DNA of 55,201 nt from Octopus bimaculoides (GCF_001194135.2 NC_068990.1:54770107-54825307), one strand, 5' to 3'; shown: positions 37,471-50,420, numbered from the stretch's first letter. The notes: generated by a model not told the origin, from the letters alone. Program-made: numbers and translations.

Positions 37471-38520
37471 TTTCATAGTAACAAGCGAAGTTGTTACAAC
37501 ATGTTCTTTTTGTTGTTTATTAAATACTTAAAACACGTATGAGATGTGCTAAAAATAACAGTTAAATAGGCCTTAAAATGATGAAAAGATTTTTTAGTTC
37601 TGGTTTTGCATAATTGTATGAATTCCTGTGCATAGAATACAAATTTACAAAAATTTTCTGTAAATTGCAAAAAAATAGAAAAGTTATGAGGAGGTATATG
37701 GTATGCATAAAGCAGAATTCCACCAATATTTCATTTGTTTACAGTTGACAGCACGAGCTTTCATGCACAAAATGACAACTTCCAAATCCTGTTTTCTGAC
37801 TGGCTAAAAATGATCAAACTTTAAACTGCCATAACTTTTTATTTTTAAATTTTGTAGAAAAAGTGAATTATCTGCTGAGATTCAGTGTGGAAAATTACAT
37901 CAATACACCAAATTTTAAAATTTTCACGAAACTTTAAAATTTCCATAGGTGCAACCAAACAGAAAAGATCCATTTTACCTTCTATCTGAATACACTTCAG
38001 CTAATCCGTGCATTTTGTCACTAAATACACTTTTAACCATATAACTATTCAAAAATTACATGGATACTCTACTATTTTGTCTTTTTTTGTTGAAGGGCAG
38101 TAGTTTGGGAGAATCATTTGTTCATCAAATAAAATGCCTTGTGATAAAACATTTTTAGAGCCTTGACATTTAGAGTTCAAGTCTTGCTGAGGTCAACTTT
38201 ACTTTGCATTATCTCAGGGTAGATAAAGTAAATGCCAGCAAAGTACTGGGAGGCATCTGTAGAATCAGATGTCCACTCTGGTCAGTATTCTGGGGTCATG
38301 TACCTTTATTATTGGTTTCTTGACAAGGTTACACATTGTGTACTTGAGCAAGGCATTTTCAATTTTGACCTCGTTTAAGGCCTATTTAACTGTCATTTTG
38401 ATCTTGTTTTAAGGCCTATTTAACTGTTATTTTTAGCACATCTCATACAACATGTATTTTAAGTATATAATAAACAACAAAAAGAACATGTAGTAACAAC
38501 TTCGCTTGTTACTATGGAAA
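37471..38520. mobile_element. Non-autonomous DNA transposon with ~110-bp inverted arms; nested SINE at 38095-38300
   Basis: 37471-37578 is the reverse complement of 38407-38520 with few differences. Confidence 0.8.
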
Positions 38521-38806
38521 TTGAGTGCCACCAAGTACTTCTCTCTTTCCAACTATCACATCTCTGATATTAAGGACAGAAAGACTAAGAGACTGTCTAT
38601 GTCTGCTTGCAACTGCATATGCACCCACAGCAATTAATGAAAGATTGCTTCTTGTTACAAAGTCTCAGTCAACTTGTGACTAACAGCTATGCTGTGCTAG
38701 ACGTTTGTTACAAAGTAATATTTCTGCTAATGCTTGCGTCTTCCTCTGTGTCTCTGCTTATGTTTCTCCTCCTTTTTTTATATCTTTATTTCTTTATTAC
38801 CAACAG

Positions 38807-38910
38807 ATACAGTGATGGTCATCTGACACTGACATATAAGGAAGGCCAACCATGTTCCTCAAATTTCAAACGGAAAACAATTATTGAATTCCATTGTAAT
38901 AAATCTGCTG
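38807..38910 (+). CDS. IGF2R: IGF2R-like exon (repeat 3)
   Basis: caacag|A TAC ... GCT G|gtgtgt. RYSDGHLTLTYKEGQPCSSNFKRKTIIEFHCNKSA resembles recalled human RYSDGDLTLIY...CSSGFQRMSVINFECNKTA. Phases 2/1. Confidence 0.93.
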
Positions 38911-40749
38911 GTGTGTATTTTATATTTTCATTTTCTTTCTAGACTGTTCCACAGCCTGATATCAGATGAAATAAACTACCTATTTGTTTCAATTAATTAT
39001 AAAAATAATCAAGATTTTAATAAAATAATTAACTTTATTTTTATTCATAAATTCTGGCCTTTTATGTGGTAGGAGTAACATAATTTAATGTAAAAGTTCT
39101 TACATTAGATTATGAGGCAAATACTGAAAGGCATTTTGTTTGGCACTCTATTGATCTTGCCAATCCACCGCTCTTAAAATTTGTAATTTAGGCACAAAAC
39201 CAGCAGTTTTAAAGGATGGGTGTTAGTTGATTAAATCAACTCCAGTATTTGATTGCTCCCCTATTGTATAGACCCCAAAGGAATAAAAGACAAAGTTGAC
39301 CGTGGCAAGATTTTGAACTCAAACTATAAATAGATGGAAGAAATACTGTGAGGCATTTGTTCAATGTACTAACAATTCTGGCCATTCACTTCTCTTGAAT
39401 TATCAAAATACTTTATATTATAAAACCTGTGTTTCTCTGTCCTTCCACCCATTTGTTTGCCCATCACATACTTTCCCCAGATAAAGAAGACTTTCAAGTA
39501 ATTTACTTGAAGAAATTGAATTAAAAAAATGAATTTATACCACTTATTATTGAATTCACATGCAACATGAAGAAAAGTAAGGTTTGCATTTTATTTTTGT
39601 CAAAGTTAATTTTTCCTTGCACACTACTGAAAAACAAATGGCCATGAATATTTCACTCTCAAATACAACAAACAGTAGACTGTGTGATGAAATGAAAAAG
39701 ATAATGATGGAGAGACTGGAAAATGAGAGAGAAGGGTAATAAAAATAGTAAATCAATTTACTAAAACATTCAGTTAGTTGATTTTGCTATAACCTACTTC
39801 AGTTTATTGAAACTACTTATTTTTGAGGCGGGCAAATAATTTTACTACAATTTGTCAGTCAATTTAAAAGATGTAAGGTGTGAAAATCAAATATTGGTCA
39901 GTTCTGCACTTTGTAAGGTAAATATATTTTATTTCCCACTTAAATATTTGTTGATATGCAATAATTGTAAAATTAGGAAATAGTAAAAAAAAAAGTCATG
40001 AAAACCTTCCTTGCCGTGAATATAATACTTCACTCAAGACTATCATTTACCATTTTGATTTATGTGTGAAGTAGTCAGATAAAATGTATAAGGCAATACA
40101 ATATCATGTCTTTGTTTTTATTCATTGGCATCCCCTTACATATTTTGCATGACTTCTCACCAACACTGCCTAAAGGTTTTTTTCTTTTTTTTAAACAATA
40201 TATCATTTACATATTACAGTGGTTCAAGTAAAATATGATACTCTTAATAATATTTCAAAATAGTTTTATTTCATAAAGGATTTTGTTATTGGAATTATTT
40301 AACTTCACTATATAAATTTTGGCTTACAGTGGCTGTCCATTTTTTTCACGGTAACATCTGGTAACGTATGGCAACATCTGTTTCAAATGTCTTAAACTGA
40401 CTTAATTGCAACAAATTTTTTTTTTTTTAAATTTAATCATTAAAAAAAAAAACAATGAAATGTAAGTTATGAGAACAGGTAGAACAAAAGACCAAGTGAT
40501 TTGTAATATTTGATTTTGACACCCTACATCTTTTAAAATCTTCTCAACACCAACTTAGATTCTCTTTATGCAAAACTGCCAGTTATAAAATGTTTCTTTT
40601 TAAGTTTAAAACTTTCAGCCATGATTTTATGCCATAACTTTTTACTATGTTCCTAATTCTAGCTTAGTGAAGGTGTGTGGCTTAGTGGTTAGTGTATTTG
40701 GTTCAGAAGTTCAATTCCCAGCAGCATGTTGAGTCCTTGAGCAAATACC

Positions 40750-40946
40750 GCCTGACTGGCCTTCGTGCTGGTGGCATGTAAAAGCACCCACTACACTCTC
40801 GGAGTGGTTGGCATTAGGAAGGGCATCCAGCTGTAGAAACTCTGCCAGATCAGATTGGAGCCTGGTGCAGCCTTCTGGCTTGCCAGTCCTCAGTCCAACT
40901 CATGCTAGCATGGAAAGCGGACGTTAAATGATGATGATGATGATGA
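40750..40946 (+). mobile_element. RTE 3' tail with (GAT)n, adjoining a SINE head at 40675
   Basis: Near-consensus tail ending gcggacgttaaatgatgatgatgatgatgat. Confidence 0.78.
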
Positions 40947-42167
40947 TATTGTTCTAGTTCACTCACTCAGCTGCTGAAAATGAGTTGTACCTGTAAGTCA
41001 AAGGGCCAGCCTTGTTACATTTTGTTCCATGCTGAATCTCCCTGAGAACTAAGCTAATGGTATGTGTCTGTGGAGTGCTCAGCCACTTGTTGGTTAAGTT
41101 CACAAGCAAGCTGTTCTGCTGATAGAATGCAGTGGAACCCTTGTCATCATAACTAACAGAGTGTCCAACCACTGTCTAATTAAATTTCTCCAAATTCTAA
41201 GAGATCTTCAGGCATTAATTCAAGTACAATATCAGTTATCAGATGGCTAGTAGGTTGAGTGACTGTATAAAAGACTCCTTGTTGACTTGTAAACTATAAT
41301 GGTTTTTGTTAGTCCTGGATCAGTACTTTATTATTTAATGTATATCCTTCAAGACAAAAGGGATTTTGATTTGAGGGATTATCAGTTATTATTATTTTGT
41401 AGCAGATTGGGTGGCTGTATAGAGGCTTCTGTGTTGATTTAAGGTAGAGTTCCTTTTACTATGGTAACAGAGTGTACCTGTGGGTTAAAACTCAGTGAAA
41501 ACTGCAATCATTCCCAGTTTGATTTCTGGATCTGTTATCCAGTTTGGCTTTCACTATATAAATTTCAACATATACATTTATCAAACAATATTGTTAGGGT
41601 ATTATACTTACTGTTTCAGCATTGTGGTTTCATTTCCGAGACTGGTTAATGCATTGTACTCTTGAGCAAAACGCTTTATTTTACATTGCTTTGTGATGAC
41701 TTTGACATTTGATACACGAAGCAATTGTACAGCCAATGTTGATTTCAGGGCATCAACGAGCTCATGTACAGCATGCACATTTGATCATTATAAACAAATC
41801 ATCTGTGCAGGTTGTTCCCTAAAAAATTGCAGAATCATCTTTCTTTGATACAAGAGACTACCAAGAACAAGAAGATAATAGTTGTTAGAATAGTAGTGTC
41901 AGACAAATTCGCATTGCAGTATTTAATTACAATGCTTTACATTTTTGGTTCAATGAATATCAACTTTGTTTCTCAACCTTCTGAGATTGATAAAATGAAA
42001 TTAAAATTGATACTGATCAAATACTGACATTAATTTTAATCACCTATGTACCTCCTCATCACTTTTTTCTTTCCCCTTTGTAGCAATGTTACATATCACA
42101 GTTATTAGAAATTTTCATTTGCACTTGATTATAATTAAGTTGGTGTTGTTTACCATTTTTGTTCCAG

Positions 42168-42323
42168 TAAATAGCAAACCAGTTTACCGTTATGAAGAAT
42201 ATTGCAGCTACTACCTTGATTGGTATACACCCTATGCCTGCATTGATCATCCATTACAAGAAAAGTGTAGCGTTGTAGATAATGGCAAACTTTTTGATTT
42301 GTCCAGCCTCAGATATACCTCTG
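42168..42323 (+). CDS. IGF2R: IGF2R-like exon (end of repeat 3, start of repeat 4)
   Basis: ttgttccag|TA ... TCT G|gtaatg. VNSKPVYRYEEYCSYYLDWYTPYAC...CSVVDNGKLFDLSSL. Phases 1/1. Confidence 0.92.
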
Positions 42324-42455
42324 GTAATGTATAAATCTATATAGTATTCTGATGTGTATATATTGATAGTCTTTGTATATGTGTGTGTGTATGTGTATAT
42401 GTATATATGTGTGTGTGTGTATGTGTGTATATATATATGTGTGCATGTGTGTGTG

Positions 42456-42492
<37 letters not shown>

Positions 42493-43100
42493 ACAGCTGC
42501 GTCAAGAAGTGTCAATCTGTAATTGTGGTGGGAATGTGTGGAAAGTATAAACCCAGGAAGATGTGGGGTGAAATGGTGAGAAAAGATCTTCAGATGTTGG
42601 GCCTCGCAGAAGGGATGTCAAGGAACTGAAACTTCTGGCAGTTTGCTGTACTTGAGAAGACATGTCAAGCTAAGTAAAATCATGGTTGTCCTTTACATCC
42701 CACTTCAGCTGAACGATCCTACTCTTGCAGGCTTGCAGGTTCATGGGTGTCGGTGCCACATAAAAGGCACCTGTGTCAGTGTCATGTGAAACACACATGC
42801 CCAGTACACTCTGTAAAGTGGTTGGCTTCAGGAACGACATCCATCCAAAGAAGCCATGCCAAAGCAGGCATGGAGCCCAAGCAGCTCTTCAATTGGCCAG
42901 CTCCTGTCAAACTATCCAGACCATGCCATCATGGAAAACCGACATTAAATGTAGACAATGATGATGATGATGATATATTCATTTTAAGGAGCTAATACCT
43001 ATCCAAAGCTGATACTACTATTATTCCTTTGTATTGTCTCTGTCTTTTTAGTGTTTCCTTTTACTCCTTTTCTTCCTTCTCTCTTTTTTCTACCCACCCT

Positions 43101-43112
43101 TTTCTCTCTCTC

Positions 43113-43202
<90 letters not shown>
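43101..43202. repeat. (TC)n microsatellite
   Basis: Directly visible. Confidence 0.95.
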
Positions 43203-43578
43203 GCTCGGTCGTTTGTTCATTCTTTCTGTTTCTCTCTTTCTCTGTCCTCTGAACATATATAAAATCTTGCCATTTATCCCAGGACAAGCATTTGTTCTTT
43301 TATATAAATATAATGTAATGAACTGTTCTTCTGAAGAAGTTATGGGTTTACACCCAATGCACTATTAACACCCATTGTAGAAGATGCAAATAGCCACAAT
43401 GGGGAAATGTGTGGAGGGAATACATGGTATGAACTGAATGTTGTGTTTATCCTACTTTTGTGTACAGTTGTGGTACATCGTTGATGCAGATGTTTCTCAT
43501 CAGGTGACTTTTTAAAAGATACCTCATTTTTTTATCCTTTTCACTTATTTTAATTAGAATACCTTTTGGTAGTTATCT

Positions 43579-43725
43579 GTAACTGCTTGCATACATGAGA
43601 AACTTGAGTTACAATGAAGAACACTTCTCACAGAAGTGTTCTTCACTGTAACGTATATGGTTTTCATCATATGCAAGAAGTGTTCTTCATTGTAACTCAA
43701 GTTTCTTGTGTACGCAAGTAGCTAC
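43579..43725. repeat. Inverted repeat with an extra internal arm copy
   Basis: 43579-43628 vs 43676-43725 match 45/50; 43632-43652 is a second partial copy of the right arm. Confidence 0.85.
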
Positions 43726-43790
43726 AAACAAATACCAAACTGCATTCTAATCAAAATAAGCAAAGCGGAGATTAAAGAAACAAGTTTCCA

Positions 43791-44513
43791 GATCTTTCTG
43801 AATTGATGGGCACCACTTTTCATTTATGTTTTATGTTGTGTTTTTGGTACCGAAACACTTTCAAACTTCGTATACTTGTATATTTTGTGTTATAGAACAG
43901 ATAAAAATTTTTGTATTCAAAATTATTTCATGTAAAAAAATTGTCGGATTTTGGTAATTTCAACCAATCACTGACGTCTATTGAGGTGAAAACGATTACT
44001 GCTGTGAGTTGTGAGCACCACACGTGCAGTGTAATGGGATCTTTTCCCTTGAATAAAATTAGTGCCGTTGTTTGTCAACAACAACTATCAGCGGTACTGT
44101 TATTTATAACAACATTCGTGCATTTGTACTGGTTTTAGGGTTAGGGTTATGATTATTTTTGCCATAACCTAACTCATAACCCTAACCCTAAAACCCTAAC
44201 CCGAACCCTAACCCTAAAACCGTAAACCCTTACTAGGGAATAACGATATAATTACCAGGGAATAACGATCTTGACACCGGCGAAAATTATTGTTTACAAA
44301 AACAGCAGTAACTGTATTCAGCTGAATAGACGTAAGTGATTGGTTGAAATTACAGAAACACGACAACTTTAACATGAAATAACTTGCGATGTACAAAATT
44401 TTGTTAAGAAAGCTAAGAGAAAAAGATGTTTTATATGACACATTCTACCAGTATCCCAAGTTTGAAAGTGTTTCATTAAGAAAACAAGTGGTGCCCGTCA
44501 ATTCAGAAGGATC
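43791..44513. mobile_element. Foldback non-autonomous DNA transposon with TIRs, 8-10 bp TSD and telomere-like core
   Basis: TIR 43791-43818 vs 44486-44513 match 26/28; direct repeat caagtttcc at 43781-43789 and 44514-44522; inner inverted arms 43923-44005 / 44302-44382. Confidence 0.85.
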
Positions 44514-44754
44514 CAAGTTTCCTTCTGACAAGTCACATGGTGAGACACATCTGCACAAATGATGCACAACTGTTTGTACGGCATCTCGCCCACAACGGAC
44601 TGATGTGTGATGGGTCAAAGCAATCGTGGTGATTAATAAAGAGTCTTGTGAATTCCATTGTCTTTTTCTTATCTGTTATAAACTCTGTGGCTCTACCTCT
44701 TACACAGGTTCCCTCCACAGTTAGAGATTGGCCAGAAAATAACAAGTTCATGCT

Positions 44755-45221
44755 GTGCGTGAGAAGACCCGGCAAGCCAAGTGAGACCTAAATCCAAGGA
44801 CTCTGCCAGGGGTGTAGCCAGCCCACTTATGCGTACCTTTCCTACATTGGACACTAAACTCCGCTTGCGAAGACTTATTGGAGCAAGCGAAAGCGAAATC
44901 GGGATAGCACCTGTGCCCAGCGTCACCTTTCTGGCACTTGTGCCCGTGTCGTGTAAGGATTTTTGAGCGAGATCGTTGCCAGTGCCCCTGGACTGGTTCT
45001 TGTGCGGGTGGCACATAAAATACACCATTTTGAGCGTGGCCGTTGCCAGTACCGCCTGATTGGCCTTCGTGCTGGTGGCACGTAAAAGCACCCACTACAC
45101 TCTCTGAGTGGTTGGCGTTAGGAAGGGCATCCAGCTGTAGAAACTCTGCCAAATCAGATTGGAGCCTGGTGTAGCCATCTGGTTTCACCAGTCCTCAGTC
45201 AAATCGTCCAATCCATGCTAG
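44755..45221 (+). mobile_element. RTE 3' fragment (ORF end plus 3' UTR)
   Basis: AVREKTRQAK* followed by the same UTR as 54385-55190. Confidence 0.8.
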
Positions 45222-45307
45222 GGGTTTGTGATAAACAACAACTACAACTTTTGTTCATACAACAATAAAGATATATATAATATATATACATCATTTCTCT
45301 GTTTCAG

Positions 45308-45439
45308 ATAATAATTGGGTTGCACTAAATGGTCATGAGTATAACGACGATGCAGAAATACTCCTCAATGTCTGTCATGATATCATGCCTTCTGGAAAAG
45401 CTGTAAAATGTCCTACAGACAGTGCTATTTGTTTGAAAA
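45308..45439 (+). CDS. IGF2R: IGF2R-like exon (repeat 4)
   Basis: ctgtttcag|AT ... AAA A|gtaagt. DNNWVALNG...LLNVCHDIMPSGKAVKCPTDSAICLK. Not in the ORF track. Phases 1/1. Confidence 0.92.
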
Positions 45440-45721
45440 GTAAGTTTTTTGCCTTTAATATTTTACGTCTTGATAATGATGATGATACATATTATTATCA
45501 CTGTTTTTATCTTTGCTTTTTCCAGCAGATAAAGGCAGTTGGATAAAGGCAGTATAAAATGCTGGATGCTCTCCTTGGCACTGACCCTTACTCTTTGTTC
45601 ATGTGTGACATAAACAAAACATCACATGGACAAGACACACACACACACATGTGCGCACACACATTCTCTCTCTCTCTCTCTCACACACACGCACGCACAC
45701 GCACACACATGCACACACACA

Positions 45722-45831
<110 letters not shown>

Positions 45832-45984
45832 TACATTCTTTCTCTCACATACACACACACACAGCTATTCCAGCTATTTATTACTTACAAGGCATTGCTC
45901 AACCTAAGGCTATAGTAGAAGACACTTGTCCAAAGTGTTATACTGTGGAACTGAACCCAAAATCATATGGTTGTGAAACAAACT

Positions 45985-48719
45985 TCTGGAAACTTAAGGT
46001 TCCTTTGAATAGTCAGAAATTTAGAGATGTCCTAACTGAAGTATTTAATAAAAAGTAGTGGGAGGAGGAGTTACTGGCATGTAACATGGAGGGTAACTGG
46101 AAGTTCATATACGACAACTTACTGAGAGTCATAGACCAAATATGTGGTTGGTGCAAAGTCCCAACCAGACCTAGAGTGACACAATGGTGGAACAGTGTAG
46201 TCGACAGGGCCATTATAGCAAAGAAACAGGCTTAGAAGGCATGGAAGGGTGGCAGTAGCAAGGAAATATATCATGTAGCTAGAAGGGAAGCCTAGGAGGC
46301 AGGTATACTTAGACAGGGGTGAAGCAGAAAGGAAGAGGTTTACCAATGTTCTGTGGTGTGAGGACCAGTGGCTTGAAGGTGTGTCAGAGAAAATTATGAT
46401 GTTGGTGGGCAGAAGTGCATTCTATGGGTGATAGTTCTCTTGCAGTTAGTGATTCTGCAAAGAAAGAGGCTCGGAAGTGCCACTATGAAAGGCTGTTAAA
46501 TGTAGAAACATCATGCCTAATGTGGCTCCAACACAAGGACTAGCAATCTAAATAGACAATAGCATGGGAGATAAAGCCATGAAGATATGAAGACCGGGAA
46601 AGCCCCTGGCCCATCAGAAATCACTACTGAGATGTTTAAAATATCTGGCAGTGTGGATTATGGTCTAGTCACCTGTATAGTTAACCAGGTTGTACATGAG
46701 GGGGTCATACCCAATGACTGGTGTAGTGGCACCATAGGCATCTGCTACAAAGGTAAAGGTGGCACCTTAGACAAAAATAATTTCAGAGGTATCAGATTGT
46801 TGAATCAGGTGATAGAAGTTATGGAGAGAGTCATAGCCCAGCTAATTAGGAAGAGAGTTAGTCTAGATGAAATGCAATTTGGTTTTGTACTAGAGAGAAG
46901 CACTACTGATGCTATATTCCTGGTAAGGCAGCTGCAGAATTACTTAGCCAAAAATAAACCTCTGTACTTGGCTTTTGTTGAAATGAAGAAAGCCTTTGAC
47001 AGGTCTCCCACTCCCTTATCTGGTGGTCAATGTAGAAACTAGGGGTAGATGAGTTGTTGGTGAGAGCTGTACAAGTCATGTACAGGGACGCTGTCAGTAA
47101 GGTAAAGGTTGGTGATGAGTATAGCAATGGATTAAGGGTACAAGTAAGAGTTCACCAAGGATTAGTCCTCAGCTCCATTTTGTTCATCATAGTCATCCAC
47201 CAGGCAATAACAGGAATTTAAATCAGGCTGCTTCTGGGAGCTCCTCTATGCTGATGACCTTCTTCTTAGAGTTGAATCACCACCAGAACTAGAGAAAAAA
47301 TTTCAGTTGTGGACACAAGGTCTGGAATCAAAGAGCCTTGGAGTTAATTTAGCGAAAACCAGTCTTAGTAAGTAGGAAAGCAGAGAGATCACAAATCCCT
47401 TCAGGTAGATAGGCCTACTTGAAAAGTAGAAAAAGCATTGGTAGAAACTCCATAAGATATACCTGGTGTAAGCTATGGACAAATAAGGGGTGCAGCAATA
47501 TCAGAGGAAGGCTAACTGAGAAATAGTCTTTGTTGTAGCAGATATACAGGTACAACAAGCATTAAAAATGCACAGAAAATAGATTCCATCAAATTCTAGT
47601 GGGGATACCTAGAAGTAGCTTTTGTTATCTAGGTGACCAAGTCAGCTGTGGAGGTTGATGATCCGAGAGTGTAGCTGTTAGAATAAGAATAGCCTGGGCA
47701 AAGTTCAGAAAGCTCCTATCTCTGCTTATAACAAAGAGCCTCTTGCTCAGAGTGAAAGGTAGACTGTATGATGCATGTGTGTGAACTGCCATGCTACACA
47801 GCAGTGAAACATGGGCCATGACTGCTGAAGATATGCGTAGGCTTGAAAGAAATTAAGCTCGTATGGTCCGCTGGATATGTAATGTCAGTGTGCATACATG
47901 ACAGAGGATAAGTGCCCTGAGAGAAAAGTTGGACATTAGAAGCATCAGATGTGGTGTGCAAGAGAGACGACTGCACTGGTATGGTCATGTGTTGCATATG
48001 GATAAGGACAGGTGTGTGAAGAAGTGTTACACGCTAACAATGGAAGGAACTTATGGAAGAGGTAGATCCAAAGTTCCTACTTCTGCTGACAACAAAGGGT
48101 CTTTTACTCAGAGTGAAAGGCAGATTGTATGATGCCTGTGTGAGAGCTGCCATGCTACACAGCAGTGAAACATGGGCTGTAACTTCAGAAAACATGCAAA
48201 GGCTTGAAAGAAATGAAGCTAGTATGCTTTGCTGGATGTGCAATGTCAGTGTGCATGTACAATAGAGTGTGAGCATTTTGAAAGAAGAATTAGTCATAAG
48301 AGGCATGGCTGCATTTGTGTGGTCATGTGATGCATATGAACAAGAACAGCTGCCTAAAGAAGTACTGATCTCTAACTGTGGAGGGATGCTGTGTAAGAGG
48401 GACACCTAGGAAGACATGAGAAAACATGGTGAAGCATGCGCTTCGAATGTAGGGTCTCACGGAGGTGATGACAAATGATCACGACCTTTGGCAATTTGCT
48501 GTGCTTGAGAAGACTTGTCAGCCAGTGACATGTAAAAACACCCATGCCAGTGACTCATAAAAGCACCCATGCTGGTAACACGAAAAAGCACTTGTGCCAC
48601 TGATAAAATGCACCCACTACACTCTTGGAGTGGAATGTGGTGTGGTTCTCTGGCTTACCAGTTCCAATCAAACCCATTTTACCCATGCCAGCATGGAAAG
48701 CAGACACCTAAATGATGAT
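45985..48719 (+). mobile_element. Decayed 5'-truncated RTE LINE with internal 3' duplication
   Basis: KAPGPSEI, YKGKG, FRGIRLL, MQFGF, AFVEMKKAFDR, GVHQG-like motif, YADD at 47247-47258, RLHWYGHV, and a 3' UTR ending atgatga. Confidence 0.9.
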
Positions 48720-49900
48720 TTTGCTGTAGTTTAATTTTAAAATTAGTGCTTATAATTCTGCCTATATTTAGATTGAATGAATGTGGTTATTAAGCTTTCA
48801 CTTTTATTATACTATGGAAGACTGTAGGGAATAAAATGTATGATGTAAAGGTTTGGTTGCTGTTTAGTTACATATTTAGTAGTTGGTTATTGAATTACTT
48901 ATTGAATTTATTTACCGATACTGTTGTACATAGGTTAAATGTGTTTGAAAGTTGTAGTTTCTTTGGTATGTTTGTTCCCAAACAACACTTATTTTAGTGC
49001 TGTTGATACCACCGGATTGAATGGTACTGCCCATTCAATGGTTGAATGGTACTACGAAACCATAATGATATCCATGGGGCAGCTGATGATGGAGGTATGT
49101 TGGATTGTTGGTATGCTGTTTTTGTATTTGGGGAATAGTGTTATAACACATGCTTTTGATATATATATATACATACATACATACATACATACATATGGAA
49201 AAATAATAATAGTGAGAAAGTACACTATTCCTTTTGCATTGTTATGAATTCCAAAGTATATTATTACAATCAAATCATTTAAAAATACAACAATACATAT
49301 TCAAAAATAGATTAGTACAATCAAATTATTTCAAAATATATTATTACACATTCCATAAATTCATATATACCCAAAATGCATTACCACAATTAAATCATTT
49401 CAAGATTACACATTCCAAAGTACATAAAAAATACAGAAGTAAATATTCCAAAGTACAAACCGGTTTCACTTCTTATAGGAAATATTCATTGCAATGTATG
49501 TGGGTAATGGCTTTCTGCTAGCCTTCATTTAACATGTGTGCAGAGGAGAGAAAGAGAAGTAAAAGTGGTAAAATGTTAGAGAAAATACCTTGTATTTTAT
49601 TTATATAACTAATGAAATACACTGCTTGTATGTTTCAATTCATTTTAAATATAACCAATATTTTGAAGAGATTTAGTAAGATATCTAGCTTTTACATTAT
49701 TAAGATGCTATTCAGAATGTAACAATAATACTTTAATACAAGCAGTTTTGTATTTAAGAAATCAGAGGTGATGTCATGTATATCAGAAAGATTAGCATTC
49801 TGATTTCAAACCTTGCCAGATTAAATTTGCTGTTGAATTTTGTTTTCTATTCATTTTTTGTATCCTTGTAATCTATTTGCTATATTTACTTTTTTCAAAG

Positions 49901-50050
49901 AATTTGATGGTACAACTAAAAGCCTTGGCCGCTACCAACATGAACCTGTTTACAATGATGTGACCAAGACACTTCAGCTGAATTATACAGATGGTGACAA
50001 ATGCAGATCTGGCAAAATTTTTACTGTGATAACATTTTTCTGTTCCCCAG
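49901..50050 (+). CDS. IGF2R: IGF2R-like exon (repeat 4)
   Basis: tttttcaaag|AA ... CCA G|gtaaga. KFDGTTKSLGRY...LQLNYTDGDKC...TVITFFCSP. Phases 1/1. Confidence 0.92.
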
Positions 50051-50089
50051 GTAAGATATTTATTATATTCTTGTTTCACTGTGAAGTGC

Positions 50090-50420
50090 ATCAGTGGTTA
50101 GAGTGTCAAGCTCACAATCACAAAGTAGTGAGTTCGAATCCCGGACTGAGCTGTGTGTTGTGTTCCTGAGCAAGAAACTTTATTTCATGTTGTTCCAGTT
50201 CAATCAGCTGTAGAAATGAGTTGTAATGTCACTAGTACCAAGCTGTATCAGTCTTTGCCTTTCCCTTGGATAACATCGGTGACGTGGAGATGGAGGCTGG
50301 TATGCATGGGCAACTGCTGGTCTTCCATAAACAACCTTGCCCAGACTTGTGCCTTGAAGGGGAACTTCCTAGGTGCAATTCCATGGTCATTTATGACTGA
50401 AGCGGGTCTTTACCCATTAC
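50090..50420 (+). mobile_element. SINE family C, ~40 bp after exon 49901-50050
   Basis: Collinear with 29447-29775. Confidence 0.75.

Noticed and set aside
44135-44230. Head-to-head TTAGGG/CCCTAA as a chromosome end-to-end fusion scar
   Set aside because: Very short and degenerate, and it sits at the symmetry centre of a TIR/TSD-bounded element inside an intact gene's intron.
44693-45188. 132-146 aa minus-strand ORFs
   Set aside because: Antisense reading of the GC-richer RTE 3' UTR; no protein motif.
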